In this document: positions 9,830 to 19,520 of the stretch, piece after piece | Numbering within the stretch: position 1 is the stretch's first letter | Layout: each line of letters opens with the position of its first letter | Source: Chitinophaga pinensis | Lineage (GTDB): Bacteria; Bacteroidota; Bacteroidia; UKL13-3 | DNA length: 64,000 bases | Direction: 5' to 3' | Assembly (NCBI GenBank): GCA_945898275.1 | Contig: CAMDHZ010000008.1 | Location: 67,542 to 131,541 of the forward strand | The notes under the pieces: generated by a model | Told to the model about the DNA's origin: nothing | What the model saw: the letters and a program-made list of their open reading frames with translations, nothing else | Databases searched by the model: none | Position numbers and translations under genes: made by a program

Positions 9830-11680
9830 ATGACTGCACATATAGATAAAGAAGTTGAATCTGTAGTAATTCGCTTTGCCGGTGACTCTGGCGATGGGAT
9901 GCAACTTACAGGTACTCAATTTACTAATTCAACCGCCCTTTTCGGGAATGACCTAGCTACTTTCCCAGATTTTCCTGCTGAAATACGCGCCCCATTGGGC
10001 ACGCTGGCTGGCGTTTCGGGCTTTCAAATTCATTTTGGTTCAACCCGAGTTTATACCCCTGGCGACCAATGCGATGTATTGGTGGTTATGAACGTTGCGG
10101 CTTTGAAAGTTAACTTAAACGGCCTCAAAAAGGGGGGAGTTATCATTGTTAATACAGATGGATTTGATGCCAAAAACCTTCGTTTAGCGAATGTGCCCGA
10201 AGCAGATAATCCACTGAAAAATGATTCTTTGAGCGAGTATGATGTTAAAACCATCGATGTTACCAAAATTACAAGGACTGCCTTAGCAGATAGCGGATTA
10301 GGAACCAAGGAAATAGACCGTTGCAAAAACATGTTTGTTTTGGGTTTAATTTATTGGATGTACCACCGCGAAATGGACAATACCATAGATTTTATCAAGG
10401 CTAAATTCAAAAAGAATGAAGCAGTGATGAATGCCAATATCAAGACACTGACGGCTGGTTGGAATTACGGTGAAACCACAGAAATGTTTGCCAATAGGTT
10501 CAATGTAGCCAAAGCAAAAATGGACCCAGGTGTTTATCGAGGTATCATGGGAAATCAAGCAGCTACCTATGGCTTAATCGCCGCAGCAGTGAAATCTGGT
10601 TTGCCGTTGTTTTATGGTACCTATCCAATTACTCCCGCATCTGATATCCTGCATGAACTAAGCAAGTATAAGAACTTCGACATCAAAACCTTCCAAGCAG
10701 AAGATGAAATTGCAGGAATTTGTGCTGCTATTGGTGCATCTTTTGGCGGAAGTCTTGCAGTTACTGGTTCATCTGGCCCTGGTATTGCGCTTAAAACCGA
10801 AGCCATTGGCCTGGCAACCATGCTTGAACTGCCGCTTGTGGTGGTAAATGTTCAACGTGCTGGCCCAAGCACAGGTTTACCAACTAAAACCGAACAAGCA
10901 GATTTGTTACAATCCTTCTATGGAAGAAATGGCGAATGCCCAGTAGTTATTTTAGCTGCGCAATCGCCTGCAGATTGTTTTATCATGGCTTATGAGGCTT
11001 GCCGCATAGCCCTTGAACATATGATTCCTGTTTTCTTCCTTTCTGATGGATATATTGCAAATGGTGCAGAACCATGGAAATTCCCAACTGCTGCAGAATT
11101 ACCTGCAATTACAGTTGCTTTTGCAGAGGCTCGAAACAAAGGAGATGAACCTTTTATGCCTTACCTGCGTGATGAAAAACTAGGCAGACCATGGGCAGTT
11201 CCAGGAACAAAAGGCTTAGAGCATAGAATTGGTGGATTAGAAAAACAAAACATTACAGGTAATATCAGTTATGATGCAATGAACCATGAAAATATGGTGA
11301 AATTGCGTCAAGAAAAAGTGGATAGAGTTGCAAATTATATTCCAGCACAAGCTATAGACAATGGTCCGGAAGAAGGTGATTTGTTGATTTTAGGTTGGGG
11401 TGGAACTTACGGAGCACTTAAAACTGCAACCTTGCAACTTAGAGGAATGGGGTACAATGTTTCACATGCCCATTTGCGTTACCTTAATCCTTTTCCTTCT
11501 AACTTGGCAGAATTGTTAGGTAAGTTTAAAAAGGTGGTGATTCCAGAACTCAACAATGGACAATTGGTTAAAATTATCCGTGACAAATATTTTATAGACG
11601 CTATTCCATATAACAAAATCCAAGGTCAGCCCTTTATGGCCGCAGAAGTTGTTGCTAAAATTAAAGAAATACTCGACTGA
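9830..11680 (+). CDS. korA: 2-oxoglutarate/2-oxoacid:ferredoxin oxidoreductase subunit alpha
   Basis: 616 aa with fused alpha/gamma-type domains. The stop abuts the beta-subunit start. Confidence 0.8.
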   Translation: MTAHIDKEVESVVIRFAGDSGDGMQLTGTQFTNSTALFGNDLATFPDFPAEIRAPLGTLAGVSGFQIHFGSTRVYTPGDQCDVLVVMNVAALKVNLNGLKKGGVIIVNTDGFDAKNLRLANVPEADNPLKNDSLSEYDVKTIDVTKITRTALADSGLGTKEIDRCKNMFVLGLIYWMYHREMDNTIDFIKAKFKKNEAVMNANIKTLTAGWNYGETTEMFANRFNVAKAKMDPGVYRGIMGNQAATYGLIAAAVKSGLPLFYGTYPITPASDILHELSKYKNFDIKTFQAEDEIAGICAAIGASFGGSLAVTGSSGPGIALKTEAIGLATMLELPLVVVNVQRAGPSTGLPTKTEQADLLQSFYGRNGECPVVILAAQSPADCFIMAYEACRIALEHMIPVFFLSDGYIANGAEPWKFPTAAELPAITVAFAEARNKGDEPFMPYLRDEKLGRPWAVPGTKGLEHRIGGLEKQNITGNISYDAMNHENMVKLRQEKVDRVANYIPAQAIDNGPEEGDLLILGWGGTYGALKTATLQLRGMGYNVSHAHLRYLNPFPSNLAELLGKFKKVVIPELNNGQLVKIIRDKYFIDAIPYNKIQGQPFMAAEVVAKIKEILD

Positions 11681-11682
11681 TT

Positions 11683-12708
11683 ATGACAGATCTAGCAGAA
11701 AAATTAACAGCTAAAGATTTTTCTTCAGACCAAGAGGTGCGCTGGTGCCCAGGTTGTGGAGATTATTCTATATTAAAGCAAGTTCAAACTGTTTTACCAG
11801 AATTGAACCGACCAAGAGAAGAGTTTGTTTTCATATCAGGGATAGGTTGCTCTTCGCGCTTTCCTTATTACATGGATACTTTTGGTATGCATTCTATTCA
11901 TGGTCGTGCAACAGCCGTGGCTACGGGCTTAAAATCAACCCGCCCAGAGCTTTCAGTATGGATTATCACTGGCGATGGAGATGCCTTATCTATTGGTGGA
12001 AACCACTTCATTCATTTGCTACGCCGCAATCCGGATGTGAATGTATTGTTGTTTAACAACCAAATTTATGGGTTAACAAAAGGACAATATTCTCCAACAT
12101 CTGAGCAAGGTAAGGTAACCAAATCAACGCCAATGGGAAGTTTGGATTATCCTTTTAATCCTATTGCTTTGAGTCTTGGTGCAGATGCAACTTTTGTGGC
12201 ACGCAGCATGGATAGAGACCCGAAGCATTTGCAAATGGTAATCAAAAGAGGCTATGAGCATGCAGGTACTTCCTTGGTGGAAATATACCAAAATTGCAAT
12301 GTATTCAATGATGGCGCATTCGAAATATTTACCGAAAAAGGTTCTAAGAAATTAGAAACCATTATGCTCGAAAATGGCAAGCCACTTGTGTTTGGTGAAA
12401 ACAATGATAAGGGTATAAAACTCGATGGGTTCAAACCGATAATTGTTGATTTGAACGATGCTTCAGTAAACGACCTTTGGATACATGATGAAGAAGACTT
12501 GGTTAAAGCCACTATACTCTCTAGGTTTTATGATGATCCAAGTATTGAAGGTCATTTCCCAAGACCGTTTGGCATTTTCTATGTTAACAACAAGAAAGAA
12601 ACCTTCGATAATTTGTTCAATGCGCAAATCGCATATGCCAAAGAAACTTTTGGCAAAGGAGATTTAGACAAATTGATTGCAGGTAAAGAAACTTGGGTTG
12701 TTAATTAA
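11683..12708 (+). CDS. korB: 2-oxoglutarate/2-oxoacid:ferredoxin oxidoreductase subunit beta (TPP-binding)
   Basis: It has the [10 protein letters not shown] cysteine motif and the TPP-binding GDGD…NN region. It starts 3 nt after korA. Confidence 0.8.
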   Translation: MTDLAEKLTAKDFSSDQEVRWCPGCGDYSILKQVQTVLPELNRPREEFVFISGIGCSSRFPYYMDTFGMHSIHGRATAVATGLKSTRPELSVWIITGDGDALSIGGNHFIHLLRRNPDVNVLLFNNQIYGLTKGQYSPTSEQGKVTKSTPMGSLDYPFNPIALSLGADATFVARSMDRDPKHLQMVIKRGYEHAGTSLVEIYQNCNVFNDGAFEIFTEKGSKKLETIMLENGKPLVFGENNDKGIKLDGFKPIIVDLNDASVNDLWIHDEEDLVKATILSRFYDDPSIEGHFPRPFGIFYVNNKKETFDNLFNAQIAYAKETFGKGDLDKLIAGKETWVVN

Positions 12709-12828
12709 TTTTTTGGTTTCGGTTTGAACCGATGATAAAAACATAAATGTTGTTTTTGTTTGGATTTTTAATTTGTAAATTATTAAGAAATGTAATTCTT
12801 AATTTTGAACTAATTAAACAACATAACC

Positions 12829-15411
12829 ATGAAACAATCTTTACCAAAGCAACTTGCTAGGGTATTCTTTTTACTAGCCTTAATCATCATATCAGTTTCC
12901 AGCTATACAAATAGCAGTGGACCGTCAACTGGCAATACTGGTGCCCCTTCAGAATCCGCCTGTGGTGGCTGCCATGGCGTAGCCACAATTACCGGTACCA
13001 ATTATAACGCTATAACCCTAACAGGTATCGCAGGTAATAGTTATGTTGCGGGTCAAACTTATACTGTAACTATCAGCGGCAATGCAGCGGCTACTTCACG
13101 CAATGGTTTCCAAATTACTGCGCTTAATTCATCAAATGCTGCTGCTGGTACATTTACAGCTGGAACTGGAAACACAGCAAGCAGCGCTGGAGGTAGAAAT
13201 TACGTTACTCATAATTCAACTGGTAATACGCAAACTTCATGGAGCTTTCAATGGACAGCACCAAATCCTTCCGTTGGCAATATTACATTTTACCTGGCTT
13301 TCAACGCCACCAATGCCAACTCGGCGACTAGCGGCGATATAGTTTATGCGAAAACATTTACCATCACAAGTGCCGTAGCTGCGCCAGTAGCAACCATCAC
13401 TTCACCAGCCAATGCTGCTGTATTCTGCGTAGGTGATACTGTTCAATTTACTGGAACTGCTACCAATAGCCCTACTAGTTTTGCATGGGATTTCTTAGGT
13501 AATACACCTGCCTCATCCGCACAACAAAATCCAAGAATAGTATTAGGGCCAAATGCAGGTTCTAGAACCATTAGGTTTAGAGCAACCAACGCAGGTGGAA
13601 CTTCACCCAATGCACAAATTGTAATAAATGTTGTGGCTAAGCCAACAGCAACTATTTCAAGTTCAAATACTATAATTTGTGGAACCGACTCAGTTACCTT
13701 AACAGCTAATTCTGGTAACGGACTTAGCTATTTATGGAGCCCAGGAGGGCAAATAACTCAAACTATCAAAACAGCAACACCTGGAAATTATACGGTTCGT
13801 GTAACAAATACGGGCAATTGTTCAATAACGAGCGCAGTAACTACGCTCACAGCTGGAGTTAAGCCTAGTTTAACCGCCACACTTTCTAGCAATAATCTTT
13901 GTATTGGTGATAGCTTAGAAATTACTGCCACACCAGGATTACAAAACTATAAGTACTTTTTTGGTTCAACCCTAATGGATTCAAGTGCCAACAATAAGAA
14001 AAAGTTCTTGATTAACACAGGCTTCTCCACAGTATTTGTTACAGGTTCAAATGGGGTTTGTACGAGTGATCCAGATATAAAATCTGTTAGTATTTCAACC
14101 AAACCTTCTGCTCCAAGTATATCTTGTGGTCCGGTAAATTCTAACTTTGTTTCCTTTACAATTACAGGGAACAATCCACAAATTAGTTTGGATAGTGGTA
14201 AAACATATATTACTCCAAATCAAGGAAACACACATTTAATAACTGGTTTAAGTCCTAATACACAGATTTTAGCATTTGCTAGAACAAGTACATCGGCTCC
14301 TTGTTTATTTTCATTGGCAAGCGGTAAAAGTTGTGCAAGTGCAAACTGTACTCCATTAACCTTGCAAATAAAAGCTCCACGCTACATCTGCGCTAACAAT
14401 CCTACAAGTGATAAAATGATTAAAGTGGTTTCTACAAACGCAACAAACCCATATTATAAGTTTGATTACCCTCAGCCTTTTATTGGCAGCGGTTGGACAA
14501 AATCAGATTCTTTTCCTGCTCAAACTTCACCTTCTGGTGATAGAATTCATAAGGTTACGGTTATTGATTCTGCAAATGCATTTTGCCCAACAAAGGATAC
14601 TAGTTTTACTATTACAGTGGTAAATATTCAGGCGCTGAGCCTCCAATTGAATTTAGATAAAGTTAAGTATTGTTCAGGAGAGTCAATAACTTTTGACATT
14701 TCAAATCCTATTCCAACAAATATCAATAAAATGATTTACTATACAGTTGTTGGTTCAAACCGAACAGAATTTGGCGCTAAAGCTAAACCTAATTATAAGT
14801 TTGGCCCCGTTTCGCTTATTCCAAATTTCCCCAACGGAACAATTGTAACTGCGCAAGCTTTAGATTCTGCTTCTGGTTGTGGCATTTTTTCAAATAATGC
14901 AACCATTAATGTGGATCCTTTGCCAAATGTAGGGTTTACCATTTCTAAAGCTAATTTAGAAGTGGAGCTAACAGATACGAGCAGCAATACTGTAAGAAGA
15001 AATTGGATCATAAATGGTGATACTTTCCCAACAACCAATAAAGTTTACCGCCATGTTTTTGGCACTGCGGGTTCAAAAGTAATTTTAATGGACGCCTTCA
15101 CTGCAAATGACTGTAAAGGTAGCTTAAGCTTACCTGTAAATGTTGTTGCTACAGGTTTATTGGATGCAGCAAATGCTCTAGGAATGCAGTTATATCCAAA
15201 TCCTGCGAATGATAAAGTTACCATTAACTGGGGAGAAAGTGTTGGCCAATTGCAAATGAAAATTTATGATCAATTAGGAAAATTACTTTTAACCAAAGAA
15301 GTTGTAAAAGGGGAGCAATTAGACCTTAAAACTTTTGCTGCTGGGGTTTACACTGTTCAATTAAGTTCAGACGACAAACAAAGTCAGATAAGACTAGTCA
15401 TAGGAAATTAG
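12829..15411 (+). CDS. Large secreted T9SS cargo protein with Ig/PKD-like repeats; the N-terminal domain contains a CxxCH motif
   Basis: 860 aa with a signal peptide. The sequence ACGGCHG is encoded at 12961..12978. The rest is T/S/N-rich beta-repeat regions. The C-terminal T9SS sorting domain reads LYPNPANDKVTINW… A TAATTTTG element lies at 12800..12807. Confidence 0.6.
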   Translation: MKQSLPKQLARVFFLLALIIISVSSYTNSSGPSTGNTGAPSESACGGCHGVATITGTNYNAITLTGIAGNSYVAGQTYTVTISGNAAATSRNGFQITALNSSNAAAGTFTAGTGNTASSAGGRNYVTHNSTGNTQTSWSFQWTAPNPSVGNITFYLAFNATNANSATSGDIVYAKTFTITSAVAAPVATITSPANAAVFCVGDTVQFTGTATNSPTSFAWDFLGNTPASSAQQNPRIVLGPNAGSRTIRFRATNAGGTSPNAQIVINVVAKPTATISSSNTIICGTDSVTLTANSGNGLSYLWSPGGQITQTIKTATPGNYTVRVTNTGNCSITSAVTTLTAGVKPSLTATLSSNNLCIGDSLEITATPGLQNYKYFFGSTLMDSSANNKKKFLINTGFSTVFVTGSNGVCTSDPDIKSVSISTKPSAPSISCGPVNSNFVSFTITGNNPQISLDSGKTYITPNQGNTHLITGLSPNTQILAFARTSTSAPCLFSLASGKSCASANCTPLTLQIKAPRYICANNPTSDKMIKVVSTNATNPYYKFDYPQPFIGSGWTKSDSFPAQTSPSGDRIHKVTVIDSANAFCPTKDTSFTITVVNIQALSLQLNLDKVKYCSGESITFDISNPIPTNINKMIYYTVVGSNRTEFGAKAKPNYKFGPVSLIPNFPNGTIVTAQALDSASGCGIFSNNATINVDPLPNVGFTISKANLEVELTDTSSNTVRRNWIINGDTFPTTNKVYRHVFGTAGSKVILMDAFTANDCKGSLSLPVNVVATGLLDAANALGMQLYPNPANDKVTINWGESVGQLQMKIYDQLGKLLLTKEVVKGEQLDLKTFAAGVYTVQLSSDDKQSQIRLVIGN

Positions 15412-15443
15412 TTTCAGTTAGAGATTGGGTTCAAACCTAACCT

Positions 15444-15497
15444 TAAAAAAAAAGCCACCTGCGAAGATTTCATTTTCGTAGGTGGCTTTTTTTTTGA
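15444..15497. terminator. Bidirectional rho-independent terminator between convergent genes
   Basis: The stem AGCCACCTGCGAA/TTCGTAGGTGGCT has an A9 run on one side and a T10 run on the other. Confidence 0.7.
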
Positions 15498-15507
15498 GAA
15501 AATAAAT

Positions 15508-16677
15508 TTAAACTTCTTCTTCAGTCGCTAATTTTCTTTTATCCCTTGTGCCTTTATAAATTTCAAACTTATGGTAGCGGCATTCTAGGGCGCCATTAAA
15601 TAAGGGAATTCTTTTAGATGGGGCTAATCCTACTTTTTTAAGGGCAGGAATGTTTGAGGAGATAACCCACACATCATAACCATTAAATTCCTTTTTCATG
15701 ATGTCTCCCATTAACTTATAAAATGCACCGATTTCTTCAATAGGCAATCTTTCTCCATAAGGTGGATTAATAATCATAAGGCCGCCTCCTTCGGGGCCTT
15801 TTGCCTCTTCAAACCTTTTGTTGCTTACCGTTATGTCTTCTGCAACATGTGCCCTTTCTGCATTTTCCCTAGTAATTTCAATGGCTTTAAAGGTTTTGTC
15901 GCTACCAGCAATACTGGCTTTTGAGGGGCGCATGTTTTTAATGGCTGTAGCTTTCACACTTTCAAAAATGCCTTTGTCAAAGTTTTTCCAGCTTTCAAAA
16001 CCAAAGCGTTCTCTGTATAAATTTGGAGGCATGTTTTTGGCAATCATTGCTGCTTCAATTAATAAAGTGCCACTTCCGCACATGGGATCATAATAATTGC
16101 CTTCGCCATTCCAGCCTGTAAGCATTATCATACCTGCAGCCAAAACTTCATTGATAGGGGCCAAAGTACTATCTGTGCGGTATCCTCTTCTGTGCAAGCT
16201 TGCGCCAGAACTATTAAGAGCCACGCTTACTTCATCATCATGTATGTGAATGTCTATGCTCAGGTCGGGTTGATCCAAATCTACACTTGGTCGAACACCA
16301 TATTTGTCTCTGAATTGGTCGACAATAGCGTCTTTACATTTAAGAGAAACATAATGGGAGTGAGAGAAAAAGTCACTTCTTAGACTTGTATTAATTGCCA
16401 AAGTTCCATCTTTATCAAGGTATTTGTCCCATTCAATTTCTTGAATCCCTTTATAAAGTTTGTCTTCGTTAATAGCATAAAACTTATGAATTGGAACCAA
16501 TACTTTTAGCGCCGTTCTAAGGCTTAAGTTAGCATGATACATAATGCTTAAATCGCCACTAAAACTTACGGCGCGGTTGTGGGCTTGTACCTCTGTTGCC
16601 CCTAAATTTTGCAACTCTTCTTCCAATAACTCTTCTAAGCCAAATTGTGTTTTGGCAACCATTTTTATCATTTCCAT
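15508..16677 (-). CDS. THUMP-domain class I SAM-dependent RNA methyltransferase (RlmL/COG0116-like)
   Basis: 389 aa with an N-terminal THUMP-like region. The catalytic motif IINPPYGERL (NPPY) and a SAM-binding DPMCGSGT-like region are present. Confidence 0.75.
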   Translation of the reverse strand: MEMIKMVAKTQFGLEELLEEELQNLGATEVQAHNRAVSFSGDLSIMYHANLSLRTALKVLVPIHKFYAINEDKLYKGIQEIEWDKYLDKDGTLAINTSLRSDFFSHSHYVSLKCKDAIVDQFRDKYGVRPSVDLDQPDLSIDIHIHDDEVSVALNSSGASLHRRGYRTDSTLAPINEVLAAGMIMLTGWNGEGNYYDPMCGSGTLLIEAAMIAKNMPPNLYRERFGFESWKNFDKGIFESVKATAIKNMRPSKASIAGSDKTFKAIEITRENAERAHVAEDITVSNKRFEEAKGPEGGGLMIINPPYGERLPIEEIGAFYKLMGDIMKKEFNGYDVWVISSNIPALKKVGLAPSKRIPLFNGALECRYHKFEIYKGTRDKRKLATEEEV

Positions 16678-16857
16678 ACCCTTTAGGATTGTGGGCGAAG
16701 GTAAGGGATAAATTTTATTCCAATAACATGGTAAGCTTTATACCTTATAAAACCGCAACTTGAGAATGACTAGGTTTGATCTAAAAAACTATAAATTTTC
16801 AAATTCAATTGATTTAAGAAGCCAATTATTTAGAAATGATATTGAATAGTAATATCG

Positions 16858-17205
16858 TTAGGTCTTAATTTTTTCAATGTCTTGTATATCTTTTAACAGG
16901 TCATTAAGTTCCTTTTCAGATAAATTTTCTTTTTCTGATTTATCGTAAATTGATAATATATAAACAATGTTTTGATCAATAATTATGTTTGTTATTACCC
17001 TTCCTCCACCAGATTTACCTTTTCCCTTAGATGCAATAGCAATGCGGATTTTGAAGCAATTATTCCCTAAGTTTGTTCCCTGTTGAGGAAATTCCTGTAA
17101 ACTTTCTATTAAAGTTAAAAACTCATTTTTAAGCGATGGGTATTTTTTTGCCAAACGTTTAATTTGCTTCTTAAAAGTTGGAATGGCAATAATACTATAA
17201 CTCAT
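16858..17205 (-). CDS. RelE/ParE-superfamily toxin (HigB-like, KSGGGRVI motif)
   Basis: 115 aa. The motifs FKIRIAIASKGKGKSGGGRVITNII and IVYILSIYDKSEKENL are typical of RelE/ParE-fold toxins. It overlaps the upstream small ORF by 11 nt. Confidence 0.6.
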   Translation of the reverse strand: MSYSIIAIPTFKKQIKRLAKKYPSLKNEFLTLIESLQEFPQQGTNLGNNCFKIRIAIASKGKGKSGGGRVITNIIIDQNIVYILSIYDKSEKENLSEKELNDLLKDIQDIEKIKT

Positions 17206-17401
17206 TCAATAAGTCTTTTGCAGGTATTCCTTTTAGCTTACCTTGTTTAATTAAAGATAATTCATTTACCGCATCCTTAATTTCCTCAAGAAGTAAAGCC
17301 TTTTCATTTGTTAATAATTTTGTTTTAACATAGGATAAACCTTTTAGCACTTCTAATAAGTGCGAAGCTTTATTGTCCTTAATATCTAAAAGTACTTTCA
17401 T
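17195..17401 (-). CDS. Putative antitoxin of the RelE-like toxin
   Basis: 68-aa ORF upstream of the toxin gene and overlapping it. I did not recognise its fold. Confidence 0.4.
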   Translation of the reverse strand: MKVLLDIKDNKASHLLEVLKGLSYVKTKLLTNEKALLLEEIKDAVNELSLIKQGKLKGIPAKDLLNEL

Positions 17402-17561
17402 AACTTATTAATTCTTAGATTTATACTATTCTTTTAGTAAAATTGTTCTATAAAGAAATTGCTGCTACAAATTTATTTAAAAACAACCACTATCAAGAAT
17501 TAATTTAAGAGGTTAAACAATCAACTTAATTTAGAAATAAAATTCAAGTTAAATATTTCAA

Positions 17562-18704
17562 CTACACTTTTTGAAATCCAATAGGTCTGCCTTTTTTAGC
17601 TTCTTGAAAATCTTTTTCCTCTTGGTTGTAAATTGCAGTTAAACTCATGGGTTCTTTTAATTGCGTTTTAAATCCTAATTTATTGGAGAGTTTTTGGGCT
17701 TTCTCAATTTCTAGTTCTTTAAATTCATATTTTGCAATAAGTCTTCCTTTTCTCATTAAAGCACCATCTATTTTAGAAATATCTGTATTAAAAGAGCAGA
17801 TAATCTGAACGTTTAATGAATCAGCCAAAAGTCCATCCGAAATATTTAACAACGCAGAAACAGGTGAATTGCCATCTTTTTCTCTGTCTACAACTATGTT
17901 TTCTGCGTCTTCAATAACCAAAATAGAATTGGGATGGTCTACCAAAATAGAAATCAATTCGGGATTAGTAATGGCAGAAGCCATGTTCGGAGGCAAGAAG
18001 ATTACATTCTTTTTTAAGGAAGCAATAAGGTAACGAATATAGGAGGTTTTACCAGTTCCTGGTTTGCCATGTAACACTACCAAACCCTTGTCATTCTTGC
18101 GAGAAAGTCGTTTGATAATGGTATTGTGAATTTCTTGAAAATCATCATTGTAATTGTCTATGATGTTTAGTTTGGGTTTTTTGATTGGGCAATGAACGGT
18201 CTCAATTCCAGTCATGCCACTGTAAAGCAACAAAATCTCTGGCTTCCCTTTTACAATGCGTTTCTTAAATTTATGGATGCCTTTTACCACTTCTTCTACT
18301 TTGGGTAAGTCTGTTTTGCGGAATAAAAAGCGCACCATGGATTGGTTTGTGTCAAAATCAACTAACAAATCTTCAAATAGAAAGTAAAAGATATCATCTA
18401 ATTCTGCTTTGTTTTGCTTTTTAATGTATTGCCTGCTAAAGTAAAAGTCGTTAATCTCAGGCTCATAATTTTTTACAAACCAATTATTTGCCTTTTGGCA
18501 GTCAATGTCTATTTCACTGATGAAATTTGGAATACAATTAAAATGCGCTGCAAAAAGCGTCATTTCATTAATATAAATATCCCTTCTTCCATTAAATACG
18601 TTTGAAAGATCCATTTTTGCTATAGTTTCGGACAAGCTAATTGGGTTTTTCGAGGCAATTGGATTTGGGTGGTTTTGTGTTTTTTCCATTTGTTCAGGTT
18701 TCAT
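17562..18704 (-). CDS. Stand-alone classical-clade AAA ATPase with an uncharacterised ~190-aa N-terminal domain
   Basis: It has Walker A GKPGTGKT, Walker B VLVIEDAE and a second region of homology/arginine finger LMRKGRL. I found no partner gene. Confidence 0.7.
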   Translation of the reverse strand: MKPEQMEKTQNHPNPIASKNPISLSETIAKMDLSNVFNGRRDIYINEMTLFAAHFNCIPNFISEIDIDCQKANNWFVKNYEPEINDFYFSRQYIKKQNKAELDDIFYFLFEDLLVDFDTNQSMVRFLFRKTDLPKVEEVVKGIHKFKKRIVKGKPEILLLYSGMTGIETVHCPIKKPKLNIIDNYNDDFQEIHNTIIKRLSRKNDKGLVVLHGKPGTGKTSYIRYLIASLKKNVIFLPPNMASAITNPELISILVDHPNSILVIEDAENIVVDREKDGNSPVSALLNISDGLLADSLNVQIICSFNTDISKIDGALMRKGRLIAKYEFKELEIEKAQKLSNKLGFKTQLKEPMSLTAIYNQEEKDFQEAKKGRPIGFQKV

Positions 18705-18833
18705 AAAGCTGTAAAAAATATCAAGAGAGCTAAGGTAAAAACTAAATAAAAATAGTAAGTCACAAATTATCCATAGTGCATAGTTTACGAGTGACTGAGG
18801 AAAAAAGTATCATTTTATCCCTACTTTCGAGGC

Positions 18834-19520
18834 ATGAATTTTAGACTAATAATCCTTTTCTTTTTTGTGCTCGGTTTGAACCTAAAGCCAGTTCAGGCTT
18901 GCAAGTGTTCCCTTATTTCCATTGAAGATAATTACAAACGTGCCGGATTAATTTTTTATGGTAAACATTTAGGTTCTTTTACCTCAAAAGAAGTTTTTGA
19001 TGCAAATGGTAAACCCCTAAAAGTTGAGAATTTTCAAGTCATTCGCTTTTATAAGGGTGCTGATGATGCTGTTTTAAAACAAGACAGCGCCTTTAAAATT
19101 TCTTTGCAATCTACTTGCAACGAAACTTCTTGTGGCTTTTGTTTTAATGCTGGCAAAAACTATTTGGTTTACGCCTCCATGCACGAGGGCGTATTGGGTG
19201 TTGAAACCGATTTGTGCTCACGTAGTAAAGAGATTATGCAAAACAACTTTATTATATCTGGAGGGGTAGACCCAGATGCTGGAAAAGACGAAACCAAAGA
19301 ATTGATGCGTCTTGCAGCCAATGATACCATTCCTAATAACTTAGTTGCTCAAGGCTTGAAATGGCATGAAAATAAGCTAGCAGATGAAGAAATAAAAAAG
19401 CGTTTACAAAAGGAATTAAGAAAGAAAAATAGTATGAGTCTAACCTTAGCTACCACCACCTTAATCTTATTTTTTTATGTAATTTTGGGTTGGTTCAAAC
19501 CGAATAGAAAAAAGGTTTAA
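18834..19520 (+). CDS. Membrane-anchored secreted protein with a possible NTR/TIMP-like N-terminal domain
   Basis: After the signal peptide the mature N-terminus is CKCS…, which is CxC-like as in TIMP/NTR modules. The segment …VIRFYKGA resembles a TIMP OB-fold strand. A C-terminal TM helix is present. Confidence 0.35.
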   Translation: MNFRLIILFFFVLGLNLKPVQACKCSLISIEDNYKRAGLIFYGKHLGSFTSKEVFDANGKPLKVENFQVIRFYKGADDAVLKQDSAFKISLQSTCNETSCGFCFNAGKNYLVYASMHEGVLGVETDLCSRSKEIMQNNFIISGGVDPDAGKDETKELMRLAANDTIPNNLVAQGLKWHENKLADEEIKKRLQKELRKKNSMSLTLATTTLILFFYVILGWFKPNRKKV

